In this document: one piece after another, positions 10,280 through 22,905 of the stretch
How the letters are laid out: the number at the start of each line of letters is the position of its first letter
Position numbering within the stretch: the first letter of the stretch is position 1
Assembly: GCF_902713615.1 (NCBI RefSeq)
Contig: NC_052164.1
Coordinates: 26,896,114-26,960,113, forward strand
DNA from: Scyliorhinus canicula
Lineage: Eukaryota
Length of the DNA stretch: 64,000 bases
Direction: 5' to 3'
Notes under the pieces: generated by a model
The model's database searches: none
What the model saw: only the letters and a program-made list of their open reading frames with translations
Told to the model about the DNA's origin: nothing
Position numbers and translations under genes: made by a program

Positions 10280-12760
10280 GTTTTATTCATTCAATGGATA
10301 TGGCATCATTGGCTCGGCCTGTAATTATTGTCCATCCCTAAATGCCCCTGAGAAAGTGGTTGTGAGCTGCCTTTTTTAACCATTGCAGTCCATGTGGTGT
10401 AGGTACACCAACAGTGCTGTTAGGGTGGGAATTCTAGGATTTCGACCCAGTGACAGTGAAGGATTGGCAATATATTCCCAAGTCAGGATGGTGAGTGATT
10501 TGAAAGGGATCTCCAGCTGGTGGTATTCCCAGATATTTGCTGCCCTTGTCTTCCCAACGATAGTGGTCCTGGTTTTGGAAGGTGCTGTCTTAGGAGCCTT
10601 GTTGAGTTACTTCAGTGCATCTTGTAGATCAGTGTTCTTCAAAGTCGGGGGCGCGACCCGCGGGCGGGTGTTGGGAGGGTCGCGGAGCCGTTGTCCACGG
10701 TGCTCCCGATCGCACAAATCCCCGCACAGCAGCCGGCTTTTCATAACGCCGGCTGCAAGCGGCCGCGAACATGTTAAAAAAAAAAATTCACCCGCATTGC
10801 GCATGCGCGCACGATGATCGTTTATTCATTTATTCTATTCATTTAATTTTAATTTTTTAAATTTATTTTATTCATTTTATTTTTTTTACAAGTCCAGGGG
10901 CTGTTTTATTCATTTTTTTCATTTATTTTACTCATTTCTTTTTTACAAGTTCGGGGGGGGGGGGGTTTATTTGATACAATTTTACAGGAAAAAATTCAGA
11001 ACTTTGGACAGATGGAGACTCCATACTTTCCGACACCAGAAGGCTTCACCTTCATCCAACAGATTCCATTGGAGGAGCGTGTACGAGGGCCAAAGGGACC
11101 CAAAACCATTTCCTCCAATTTTGTCAGCAGCAAACAAGGTAAAATGATGGGTCGCGCAGGTCGGCCGGAATGGGTCGCGCAGGTCGGCCGGCGTGGGTCG
11201 CGAAGGTCGGCCGGGTTGGGTCCCGAAGGTTAGCCGGTTGGTAAAAATGGGTCCCCGGAAAAAAAGTTTGAAGAACACTGTTGTAGACAGTACATACTGC
11301 TGTCACTGTGTGTTGGTGGTGGAGGGAATGAATGTTTGAGGATGGGGTGCCAGTGAAGCAGGGTGCTTTATCCTGGATGGTGTCAAGCTGTTCGAGTATT
11401 GTTGTAGCTGCACTCATTTAGGCAAGTGGAGAGCGTTCCATCATACTCCTGACTTGTGCCTTGCAGATAGATGGTGGACAGGATATGGGGAGTCAGGAAG
11501 TGAGTTGCTCACCGCAGGATTCCTAGCCCCTGAGCTGCTCTTTTAGGCACAGTATTTATATGGCTAGTCCAGTTACATTTCTGGTCAGTGTTAACCCCTT
11601 GGATGTTGATACTGAGGGATTCAACAAAGTTGATGCCATTGAATGTCAAGGGGTGATGGTTAGATCCTCGCTTGTAGGAGATGGTCATTGCCTGGTACTT
11701 GTGTGGCATGAATGTTAGTTGCTACTTGTCAGCCCGAGTCTGAATATTGTCCAGATCTTGCTGCATTTGGATATGGACTGCTTCAATGTCTGAGGAGTTG
11801 CAAATTGTGCTGAACATTTTGAAATCGTCAACAACAATACCATTCTGACGTTATGGTGGTAAGAAGGTCATTGTGATCATTCATGATGGTTGGGTCTAGG
11901 GCACTACCCTGAGAAACACCTACAGTGATGTCCTGGAATAGAGGTGATTGACCTCCATCAACCACAACCATCTTCCTTTGAGTTTGTTATGACTCCACCC
12001 AGCAGAGGCTTTTTACCTCTGATTCCCATCAACTCCAGTTTGGCTAGGGATCTTTGATGCCACTCTTGGTAAAATGCAACCTTGATGTCAAGGGCAATCA
12101 CTCTCACATCACCTCTGGAATTCAGCTCTTTTGACCACTTTTGAGCCAAGGTTGTAATGAGGTCATGAGCTGAGTGTCCCTGGCAATTCCAAACTCGGCA
12201 TTGGTGAGCAAGTTATTTCAAGCAAGTGCTGCTTAATTGCACTGTTGATGACTCCTCCCACCATTTTGCTGATAATCGAGAGTAGGCTGATGGGGCAGTA
12301 ACTATTCGGGTTGGATTTGTTCAGCTTTTTGGGCGTACCTGGGCAGTTTTCCACATTGCTGGGTAGATGCTAGTGTTGCAGTTGTACTGGAACAGCTGGG
12401 GAAGGAATGCAGCAATTCTGGAGCATAGGTCCTCAGTACCATTGCTGAAACATTAAGTGCCTTCAGGCATTTCTTGACATTATGTGTGAGTGAATTGCAT
12501 TTGCTGAAGATCGGCATCTGTGATGCTGGGGACCTCTGGAGGCATCATCCACACAACACATCTGGCTGAGGATTGTTGCAAACCCTTCAGCCTTATCTTT
12601 TGCACTGATGTGCTGGGCGTCTCATCATTGAGGATGGAGATATTTGTGGAGCCTCTTCCTCCAGTAAGTTGTTTAATCGTCCACCACTATTCACGGCTGG
12701 ATGTGGCAATACTGCAGAGGTTGGAGCTGATCCATTGGTTGTGGAATCACTTAGTTCTGT
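10280..12760 (-). mobile_element. Decayed CR1-group LINE (second family), RT and 3'UTR
   Basis: YCPISLLSIISK and ALDIKVAFYQEWHQ (RT), many stops; 3'UTR shared with 27818, 63370 and with the SINE tails at 29941 and 45772. Confidence 0.85.
10630..11280. mobile_element. hAT (Charlie-like) MITE
   Basis: TIR CAGTGTTCTTCAAA / TTTGAAGAACACTG, 8-bp TSD TTGTAGAT/TTGTAGAC, subterminal GGGTCGCG repeats. Confidence 0.92.
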
Positions 12761-13928
12761 CTGGAAACAGAAAACCAGTCAACTGTGATTAAAGCCCCTC
12801 AGACCTTTGATCTGCAAGCCATTTATTTATTTCTCTTTGATATTGATGTTACAAGACTATGATGGACAGATTACAACAGCCCAGTTGTCAGTATTGTTCC
12901 ATTCATCTCACCTCAGAGTTAAGTAACTTTGAAGTACTCTAACCACAATATTTATGAACATCAAGCTTTGATTGACAGCTCCCGGAGCACTTCAAACAGA
13001 GTTAAGTGCTGTCAATATCTAGCTGACCACTCCAAAATCACTCAACGTGAAGGGAGTCTCTGTGCAGGGACAGGTTGAGTCACCCCCATACTGGGGGAGG
13101 GGTGGGGAGAGGGGAGGAACCTAGATAATCTGGGGGGGAGGGACTGAATTGCACTGTGGGTGGGGGGGGGGGGCATTGCTGAATTGCGATGTGGGGGGAT
13201 GGTGGCCAGCTGCAGATTTTGCTCAGGGGTTGCCCTCTCCGAATGGCAGCACAATCCAGCTCTGGCAAGAGAACATAGTCTCACAAACAAAGATTTGGCC
13301 CATTATTTTGTAATTTAGAAATAAATGAACATATCATCCCTCTGTAGGTGAACATATACTTAGTGTATACCAGCAACAAATTATTAATTATCTGAGAAGC
13401 TTTAGCTTTAAAATCTCCGATCAATGACATGCTCTAATCCCAATGATTTTATTGCCTCAGGAGTAGAGCTTGATTGCATTGCCATGAAGCTGAATTCCAC
13501 TCAGTGAGTAGTGGAGTTCTGCTAAGGAATGGAGGAAAAGAAAACAAGTGAATGGGGCGGTGGGTGGTGGTTGGGGGGGTGGGGGGGGGGGGGGGGGGGG
13601 GGGGGGGTTGGGAGGAGGTGGGTTGTGTGGAGCAGGGGAGAGAAAATAAACAGGCAAAACATGGAAGCATTAGAAAGACTATATAAATAAGGGGATTGTT
13701 GCACTGCAAATGTAGAACGTAGAATGAACAGCTGGCCTGCAGAACATAGAATGAACAGCTGGCCTCCATGGTAACTGAAAGTTATGACTGATGCTAAAAA
13801 CGAATGTCTATTTTAATATTGAGGCCAGGTTGTGTTACTTGGGACCACACTTTGAGATGAACTGTTCTGAATCGTATGTTAGCAAGGAAATAATTTGTTC
13901 CTCTTCATATCACTTCTTAGCAGAATAA

Positions 13929-14420
13929 GGGCTGGATTCTCCTGCCCACAGCCGCATGTTTCTCGGAAGCCCACCATTCGCTGGCGGCGGGATTCTTTAC
14001 TTCTTGTGGTGAATGTATAATATGTATAATTCACACTGTGCATCACTGTGTCCCTGTGGGCTCCATTTGTGAGCCGTTGCGTGGCTCTGCCCACAGGGGG
14101 AGATGAGGAGCATGTACAGGGCTCCACCCTCGGCTCCACCCATGGCTCCGCCCATGGCTCCTCCCACTACGGGAAGTATAAAGTGCTGCGGTCTTGTGAG
14201 CCTGCCCTCAGTTCTTCTGGTCGCAGGCAGGCTCAGTTGTAAGTCGATTAAAGCCACAGTTTACTTCCACTCGTGTCTTGAGTGAATTGATGGTCGCATC
14301 ACTTCTGCCACATGTCGGTGGGATTTTCCATTGAAGCCATCTCATGCCACCGGGAGACCCGTGGGTGGGTGTGTGCTGCTGGAGGGAACAGGGAATCCCA
14401 ATGGCTGGAGAACTCTGGCC
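13929..14420. mobile_element. Small Harbinger MITE containing a solo LTR
   Basis: TIR GGGCTGGATTCTCC / GGAGAACTCTGGCC, TSD TAA; related to 59640-59830. Confidence 0.8.
14005..14301 (+). mobile_element. Solo LTR (Gypsy-like)
   Basis: TG...CA ends, perfect 5-bp TSD CTTCT, TATAAA and ATTAAA signals. Confidence 0.85.
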
Positions 14421-14729
14421 TAAAGACACGGTAGTTTGATTCCGATTTTGCTTTTATTGTTCAATGCCGTACTGAAAATGGTTTTAGTCACATAAAAATA
14501 ACAAATAGCAGGAGTTACATATTATTTAACATTTTCAAAGCTTGACTTGCATTTCTTTGCAATGGTTATTCAAGGGACTCCCATCAAAAAGAATTTCCAT
14601 TTCAAAGTGTATTACCGTCCTCTAATTATTTTAAGAATGCAATACATCTGTAAAATACATGTCATAAACCACAAGTGTTGCATTTCGGACAGTTGAGGCA
14701 GACAATGGAGAAGAAACTCTTGCAAAAGA

Positions 14730-14860
14730 GCGGCGAGGACCTGGGTTCGAACCCAGTCCGTGGTCACTGTCCATGTAGAGCAGGAGTTCTCAACCTTTTT
14801 TAACCCATGGACCCCTTTTCCTCTTAATGTTTTTTTGTGGACCCCCATAGCCATTCCACA
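14730..14860 (+). mobile_element. SINE head fragment followed by the left end of a hAT MITE
   Basis: GGGTTCGAACCC B-box, then ATGTAGAG directly followed by CAGGAGTTCTCAACCTTTT (Charlie-like TIR); no right end found. Confidence 0.6.
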
Positions 14861-14959
14861 GAAAAAAAAGATTCTTATATGCGTGGTAAACTAATCCTAA
14901 AGTCCATCTACCTAACCATGAGGGTTGGAAACGGATTAGCGGTATTTTCACAAGTGGAA

Positions 14960-15210
14960 ATGGTGGCCTAGTGGTTAGCACAACCGCCTCACGGAACTGA
15001 GGTCCCAGGTTCGATCCCGGCTCTGGGTCAATGTCCGTGTGGAGTTTGCACATTCTCCCCGTGTCTGCGTTGGTTTCGCCCCCACAACCCAAAAAATGTG
15101 CAGAGTAGGTGAATTGGCCACGCTAAATTGCCCCTTAATTGAAAAAAATAATTGGGTAATCTAAATTTTAAATTTTTTTTTTAAAAAAAACAAAAATTTT
15201 TTTTTTTTTT
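14960..15210 (+). mobile_element. Short V-SINE
   Basis: Head, core and long AT tail. Confidence 0.9.
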
Positions 15211-15299
15211 TTTTCCTTCTCTGATTGGATGCCCCCATCCAATGGATGCCTGGGGCCAATGCACCGTCGCCCCCCCCCCCCCCCCCTCTGCACGCCACT

Positions 15300-15490
15300 G
15301 GCTGTGCTGTGCACAATGTGGCACTGTAGCGGGGTGAGCAGCTGGATGAGGAGGACATGGAGGAGCACCACATCTCCTCAGATGAGGAGGATGTTGAGGA
15401 GGGCGATTTGGGCAATCCATGAAAGAGGTAGGCAATGGTCAGGGCCCACATGGGGTGGAGAGCTAGGGACGCCCACAGAGTGTCGGCTTG
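15300..15490 (+). pseudogene. PIF/Harbinger transposase C-terminal relic
   Basis: Reads CAVHNVAL*RGEQLDEEDMEEHHISSDEEDVEEG, matching the CCxLHN motif plus acidic tail of Harbinger transposases. Confidence 0.65.
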
Positions 15491-15989
15491 GGGACAAGCA
15501 GGACTAGGGTGTGAAGACTTCTCCCACCATGGTGTCTGAGATCCTCTCACTACTGTGGTGACTGCAGGAGGTCACCATGATAGAGGCAATGTTCATAGGC
15601 AGGGCATTAACATGACTGGCCAGATGCTGCAGGAGATTGGTGATGACTTGCAGTGAGGACAGAGCGATGCTCCTCTTATCCTCTGCGAAATGTCAGACTC
15701 CTGCCTGATAGAGAGCTGATAATGAGCTGTCACTTAATGGGGTGATCTTGGGGCCTAGAGCGGCTGAATTACATATCTCAGCTGATACAGCGTCCTCCAG
15801 GTCAGGAGTCCCGGTGTGCTACTCAGTCGACTGACAGGGTGGACAGACTTACAATGTTTTAGCCAATTGCATCGTCATGACTGGAGATTACTGCCGGACA
15901 TGAGAGGCCTGGTCTTTGGTGTGGGGTGAGGTGAGCCTTCTGTGGATGGGGGAGTTGGGAGGGAGTTCTGGGGGGCCATGCCAGGAGCA

Positions 15990-18269
15990 GCATGTATCCC
16001 CAGCGTCCAAAGTTGAGGTTGAGGCGGCCTGCTGACTTACACACCACGGGTTGTCTGAGGTGACTTTGGCAGGCGTCCCCTGGGGGAGGGGTTGGTGGTG
16101 TCAGATGGGCTGGACACTCCCAGGGTCCCCTGGGTGGAATACCCTAGGCTATGCTCCTGCTGATCCTCTTCCCTTCGGTAGCCTAGGACTCCTGGGCTCC
16201 TCCAAGGAATAGAGGAGCAGCTAGAGGAAGATCCAGAAGCCCAGCTGAACTCTGGCGCTGACAGTCGTGGCTTCCCACTGGTGCCTGCACTGTGCAATTA
16301 AAGCCCTGCATCATGAAGTTCGTGCCTTCAGCCATGGAGGTCATGAGCTGAACCATAGAGCAGACATCATCTACCATGGAGTGCACCTCCTGCCCCAATG
16401 TCTCCACTGCAGAAATCATCCTTGCAGTGTTGGCTTCGTTGTGTTGGAGCCATGGCACTATCTCCTCAGACAGATGGGCACTGGGCTCCTCCAGTTGGCT
16501 TTGCAATCTGAGGAGGGGTGCTATCATCCCTTCCTGATGCTTACGACTCTGCCTTTGTAGCTCCAGCAGCTCTGGGACTATCTGCACGTCATTTCCCTGG
16601 GGCTCAGCAGAGTCCTGGACTCCGGCATCCCTCAGTACCAGATGCCGGGGACGTCCCTGCCTCCGCCTGCTATGGATCTTGAGCTGTGAGGTTCTCACCA
16701 GTGAGTGACCCAGACGTCTGCCTACTAGTGAATCCCACCGAGATGCGAGTATCTGTGCTGGTGGAGGGTGCGGGTGACAGACGCCTGTTCAATGCTCATC
16801 TCCAAGATGTCTCCCTGGGAGCTGCTCAGATCTGTGGTCTCCTGAGGGCACGAGGATGGTCATCAGTCAGGGCATTGAGTACAGAAGTTGGGAGGTTATG
16901 ATGCAGTTGTACAGGACTTCGGTGAGGCCGCACCTGGAGTATTGTGTTCAGTTTTGGCTGCCTTGCTGTTGGAAAAATGTTATTCAACTGGAGAGAATTG
17001 AGAAGAGATTTACAAGAAGGTTGCCAGGATTCAGGAGTTATAGGGAGAGATTTGACAGGCGAGGACTTTTTTCGTTGGAGCGTAGGAGACTGAGGGGTGA
17101 TCTTAGCGAGGTGTATAAGATCATGAGAGGCTTGGAAAGGGTGAATGCATTCAGTCTTTTTCCCAGGGTTGGGAATTGAGAATTAGAGGGCATAGGTTTA
17201 CGTTAAGAGGGAAAAGAATGAATGGGAACCTGAGGAGCAACTCTTTTACACAGAGGGTGGCACATATGTGGAATGAGCTGCCGGAGGAAGTGGTTGAGGC
17301 AGGGACATTGACAACATTTAAAAGGCATTTGGACAGATACGTGGATAGGAAAGGTTGAGAAGGATATGGGCCAAATGCAGGCAAAAGGGGTTGGCTTAGA
17401 TAGGCTTTTGGGTTGGCATGGACCAGTTTGGACCAAAGGGACTGTCTCCGTGCTGTAGATTCTATGACTCTCTGATTCTAACTGATTAACCTGAAAGGGA
17501 AATGAGATGACATTAGTGCATCACAGGGGCAGACTAATGGAAGAAAGTTAACTCAAACGAGGCTTGTACGACGGCTGCATGGGTTGCATGTTTATCTTGC
17601 CCCACTATGGACTCTGCACAGGTGGGGTCCTGTTCTTCGCCAGCGAGCTCAAGGATTCTTTTCTCAAAGGGGGTTAGGGTTTTCAGATGGGGCATGACTC
17701 CAGCAGGATGTGCCCGCTCACCCCGGTTGTGCTTGAGTTTGTCCTGCAACGAGGCAGATGGGGAGTGTGCAGGCATGCGTCCTGCCAGGTTAGATGGGGA
17801 TGAAGTGTGGCATGCATAGGAGGTGAGTGGGAGCGGGGCTGTGAGGAGCAGAATAGCTGCTGGGGTGTCCACGGGGAGTGAGGGTGGTGGTGGTGGTGGT
17901 GGGGGAGGGGGGGGGGGGGGTTGTAACACGGGAAGGACAGCATGAGAAGTGTTTAGACCCCATAAAGGTGGCTGGGAGAGAGATCACCATTGAGGGGTGA
18001 TGAGTGTGTTTAGGAGTACAATGGGAGACATGAGGAGGCAGACTTACCCTGGCTGCACGAAGAAGGTCATTCATCTGTAGCCCGATCCTTTGATGGAGCG
18101 TGCTGGAACTCACTATTGTGGCCACAGTCTCCTAGGCGGGGTCGGTGACCTTGCTTGCTGGACGTCTGGAGAATCGCGGGTAAAGGATGTCACGCCTTTG
18201 CTCAACACCATCCAGATGTTTGGAGAGGGTTCCCTCTGTTAAATGTGGTGCTACCTTCCTGGCAGCCAC
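15990..18269 (-). pseudogene. Harbinger Myb/SANT-like gene relic with introns
   Basis: Exon 18269-18048 (VAARKVAPHLTEGTLSKHLDGVEQRRDILYP...MNDLLRAAR, donor GTAAGT); exon from 17743 (DKLKHNRGER...LTPFEKRILELAG); third part from ~17490 split by a CR1, including ORF 16183-16698. Confidence 0.8.
16866..17480 (+). mobile_element. CR1/HER1 3' fragment inside the Harbinger Myb gene
   Basis: [41 protein letters not shown] tail. Confidence 0.9.
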
Positions 18270-18774
18270 CCCCCCCCCCCCCCATCTGGACTTGCAGCAA
18301 GTGCTCTGGGGAGGAGGGGGGGGGGGGGTAGCCTAAAAGGAGAGTCCCACTGATTACAGAGATTAAGTTTTACCTGGGTGAGCGAATCAAAGGCAAGCTA
18401 TCATGCGCGCGGCGTGAAGCATTTGGGAAAATAATTTTGATGGAGAGGCTGAATATATGCCATTGGTGGGATTCCCTTCGGGTTTCTTGCCAGGACCAAA
18501 ATTTTGAAAAAATGCAGATATTTGATGCTCTTTGTATTTCGTTGATGAGGCAGACTCTATCACACCATCTTCGCTAAACTAACAGTGAAGTGCTCCATCT
18601 CTGACCATAACCTCTGACTGTAACCTATCAATATTAACGTTTAAAGATTCACCCATGCCCCACTTGCACTTTTTGCCCATAAATAACAATAAATATCATT
18701 ATCTTTTCAGTTATTTTGAGAGCCAAGTCTAACTCATTAAATAAAATAGGGAAATACCATGGCATTTCTCAGGG

Positions 18775-18870
18775 AATAATAATAACAATAATCGCTTATT
18801 GTCACAAGTCGGCTTCAATGACGTTACTGCAAAAAGCCCCTAGTAGCCACATTCCGGTGCCTGTTCGAGG
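18775..18870 (-). mobile_element. Isolated (TTA)n-type retroposon 3' tail
   Basis: Reverse complement of the tail at 1430-1520 and 46140-46240. Confidence 0.7.
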
Positions 18871-19978
18871 TACATTTGCAGGATGCAACTACGCCAGATT
18901 CTTCTGACATATGGAGAGGCTGCGGAGGGATGGAAACCTATTACTTCAGCATTTCAGAACAGGAGTGTGAGTCGGCGCGGTCCACAATTGTCTTGATCTC
19001 TCCCTGCTGACTATCGGACACCGTGGGATGCTAAACCATGGTATTTATATTTTGCACATCCAACACCTGGTTAACAAATGAGGAAAGTGCTGCCATCAAG
19101 CATTTTCATAAGTTAGGTACAGCATTGGTCAGATGCAGAGCAATATTCTTTGTATTCTGCTTGCATAATTCCACCACTTCCCCACTGTTCCCCAAAAGGA
19201 AAGAAGTGTGTGGGTGTGAAGATAGGCTAAACAAAATGTGCCTTAACTGTCAAGCAGCATTCCCTAATGCGCGAGCATGAAATTTTCCATTTCTCACAGC
19301 AGTCTTATCTGAGGCCACATTTTTCTCTGAAGCGTTTGCTAGTCGATGGCAATAAACAGGGAGGCAAATGTGGGGAAGTGAAGAGCACAATAATAGTTAG
19401 AAACAACGTCAGACTTCTCTTGTTTTTACCACCTGAATTTCCTTCTCATTCTAGAACGTTAAGCTGTACATTCCCTGTCACAAACCAAGTTAAATGGTAA
19501 TCATGAGAAATAAGACAAGAATTGTGTGGGAGGAAGGTATAGAAGTGAAAACTAATTAACCTAGGATTTGAAGTTGCTGATATTAGCAGGCAAGGATACA
19601 TGCAAGGTAATCCTTGTCGAGGACTTTAGTGGAGGCTAAATTTAAAATAAGTATGTTATTTGGAGTGTTTAATCTTTAAAACATTTTATAGAAGTAAGCT
19701 CCGGCCTGGGTTAAAACGGCAGGCACAGACATCTCTTCCATAAATGTTTAACTCATGTCTGCTAAACCTATTGTTCTGTATCTGGGAATATGTTCCTGCT
19801 GGTTTAGCGTCACGTGATACGCAGCAACGTCAGCAGAGTCTTTACGCGGACTTTGGGCAGATCATCATATTAATTTTACGAGCAACAACCTTAATAAACC
19901 TTTCATCGTGTTCACAAGAAAATAGAGTTTGCGCATCTTTTATCTTTGCGGCATAAAAATAAATATAGCAGAGAAAAC

Positions 19979-19991
19979 TGGCGACGAGGAT
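19979..19991 (+). promoter_or_regulatory. Primer-binding site, complementary to the tRNA-Ser(GCU) 3' end
   Basis: TGGCGACGAGGAT just after the 5' LTR; vertebrate tRNA-Ser(GCU) ends ...ATCCTCGTCG-CCA. Confidence 0.8.
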
Positions 19992-20278
19992 TCAGGCAGG
20001 AGGAAATCATTGAGAAGAAGAATTAATTGACTAACAGTGGGATGGCAAAGGGAGATTCCTGGGACTGGACTCACACACACAGGCGTTGGGTGCAGCACTA
20101 CCGCTGATGTGAAGGTTGAAAAGCTTCTCGACAGCAACTGTGAGGAAGAAGACCAACAGTCAGGGAAGACATTCTTGCGTCGAAGTGAATGAGGGTCAGG
20201 GCTGTAGGGACACGCACGTGGAAAAGCTATACAGGCTGCGGGGAACAGCAATTTCAAAGCCTGCTGAATCTACAATCA

Positions 20279-20629
20279 GGGGCAGCAGGGTAGCATGGTG
20301 GTTAGCATAAATGCTTCACAGCTCCAGGGTCCCAGGTTCGATTCCCGGCTGGGTCACTGTCTGTGTGGAGTCTGCACGTCCTCCCCCTGTGTGCGTGGGT
20401 TTCCTCCGGGTGCTCCGGTTTCCTCCCACAGTCCAAAGATGTGCAGGTTAGGTGGATTGGCCATGCTAAATTGCCCGTAGTGTCCTAATAAAAGTAAGGT
20501 TAAGGGGGGGTTGTTGGGTTACGGGTATAGGGTGGATATGTGGGTTTGAGTAGGGTGATCATGGCTCGGCACAACATTGAGGGCTGAAGGGCCTGTTCTG
20601 TGCTGTACTGTTCTATGTTCTATGTTCTA
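20279..20629 (+). mobile_element. HE1/V-SINE with CR1-type tail, inside the Gypsy leader
   Basis: Nearly identical to 247-584. Confidence 0.92.
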
Positions 20630-22754
20630 CACTGGCCACTACCTGGGGGAAAAAGACCAACAGTAGTCAGGCAAAACAGAAAACAATTCCTCGCTGCTTG
20701 CAAAGGGGATTGTTAGTGCCATACTTCCCATTAAAAATTGGAATGGAGGAAGTGTAGACCCTAAGAACCGGGATCTGAAAATGGCAGGAAAAATGGCCGC
20801 CACAGATGCATTTGATGAGGATTATGAGATATGGAATTCAAATGAGGAAATATTCCAATGATTTCTCACAGCAAATCAGACACTGGAGGACCTAATATTC
20901 ACAACATACCTCAGCTCAGTTTGGTATAAAACGTTTATGCTGCTATAGAATTTAGTTCATCCAGCGAAACCAGGTGATAAGTCCTACATTGAATTAATGA
21001 AAGCCTTAGAGGGGTCTTCCTCTCCTGGATTGATTGCAGAAAGGATTTGGTTCCACTGCCATAGTCAGGAAGAAGGTGAAGGTTTTACAGTTCATAGCAA
21101 CTTGAAGAAGATTAGCTAAATTTTGCGAATTTGGTACAACACTTGATGATACTCTTCGTGATCGGCTGATTCGTGGACTGTACAGTGAAGCTATTCACAG
21201 GGCTCTGCTGATTGTAAGTGATTTAACTCTAAAAGCTGCGATGGAGGTTGCCATATCGATGGAGCTTGGAACAAGAGAAGATTCACAAATAGGGACTGAA
21301 GCAAAGATCCACGAAATGGATATATCAAGGAACCTGGCTGCAAAGATGCAACCATGTCACCGCTGTACACAGGGCAGACACCCAGCGGGGGAATGCTGAT
21401 GAAAAATAAATACATACAAGAACTGTGGCAAGAAGGGTCACATCACCATGGCATGTTGGGGCCAGAATACTTCTCCATCAAGAACGTGCAAGGAAATAAA
21501 CGCAGCAAGACAATCTAGTTGTGTCTACCAATTAGGGGATGAAGCTAAAGTTCACTCAAAAGGTAACATAACTGAGCCACTGCAGGAGCTAAAACTAGGG
21601 GTTTTGTCAACATGGAGAGATCAACAACATTTTTGTGCACATCCAAACTTGACGGTTATGAAATTAAAATGGAAGTGAATATGGGCGCAGAAGTATCGTT
21701 AATACCTGAGACAATTCATCATCAAAAGCTAAAGTATCTGCCTTTAAAATTGTCAAATCTAAGGACTTACGTTGGAGAGGGCATACCATTAAAAGGATGC
21801 ATTATGGTGAAAGTAGAAGAAAATGGATAGACAGCGAAGTTGCCTTTTCACGATGTCTATGGAAACTTTCCTGCTTTATTTAGCAGAACATGGTTGGCTT
21901 CGATCAGGCTTAACTGGGAAACAGTCAATTAATTAGTGGGTTCAAAGGACAACTTGCAACAACTTCTGAAGAAGTATGAGAAGGTGTTCAAAGATTCACT
22001 AGGCTCTATGACTGGAGTTGAGGGAGATACTAAACAAGTCAGACGACACACCCAAATGTCTCAAAGCTAGAACTGTGCCATACGCCAAAAAGCCCAAAGT
22101 TGCAGAACTAGAAAGAATCATTGAACCTGTTGTTACAAATGATTGGGTGCCACCACCAGTTCCTGTATTAAAACGCGATGGCTCAGTGAGAATTTGTGGA
22201 GATTTAAAAACTACTATTAACCCAGTTTTATGTGCCGAGCATTATCCACTGCCGTGGACTGAAGATGTGTTTGCTGGTCTTTCTGGAGGACAGAAATTCA
22301 GTAAAATTGATCATTCATAGGCATATCAGCAGATGAGTGTGACAGCTGAATCATAGCTACGACTCAGCGTATTCATGCTCAAAGGTCTGTTTTGTTACAG
22401 GAGACTTATTTTTGGAATAATATCTGTGCCTGCTCTTTTTCAAAGATCCATCGATCAAATTCCAAGTGGATTGAATGGAGTGCAATGAAATTTAGATGAC
22501 ATACACATCACCGATTCAAGTGAACGGGAACATTTGGAGCTTTTGGAAGATACCCTGAAGCATTTACAGAGCCGTAACCTGAGAATTAAAAAGGAAGTGT
22601 GATTATTTTTATGTCATCCATGAGTTACCTAGGTCATAGTATCGACAAAGATGGCTTACATAGGGAGCCGAAGAAAATGTCAGCAATCTAAAAAGCACCA
22701 CATCCTCAAAATATCAGCAATCTTAAAAGCACCACATCCTAATCCTAACCCTAA

Positions 22755-22905
22755 TATTTAAAAAATAAATTAAAAGTACCGAATTATTTTTTTTTCCCAA
22801 TTAAAAGGCAATTTAGCGGGGCCAATCCACCTGCTCTGCACATTTTTAGGTTGTGGGGGGGGAGACCCACACAGACACGGGGAGAATGTGCAAGCGCCAC
22901 ATGGA
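22755..22905 (-). mobile_element. Truncated short V-SINE inside Gypsy pol
   Basis: Core and AT tail on the minus strand; adjacent tandem duplication at 22680-22740. Confidence 0.8.

Noticed and set aside
13712-13767. Short two-copy tandem duplications (also 22680, 31855, 34724)
   Set aside because: Ordinary local slippage duplications
18883-19040. Possible exon after TTTGCAG
   Set aside because: The acceptor abuts a repeat tail, all three frames stop before 19040, the donor there is weak and no product is recognisable
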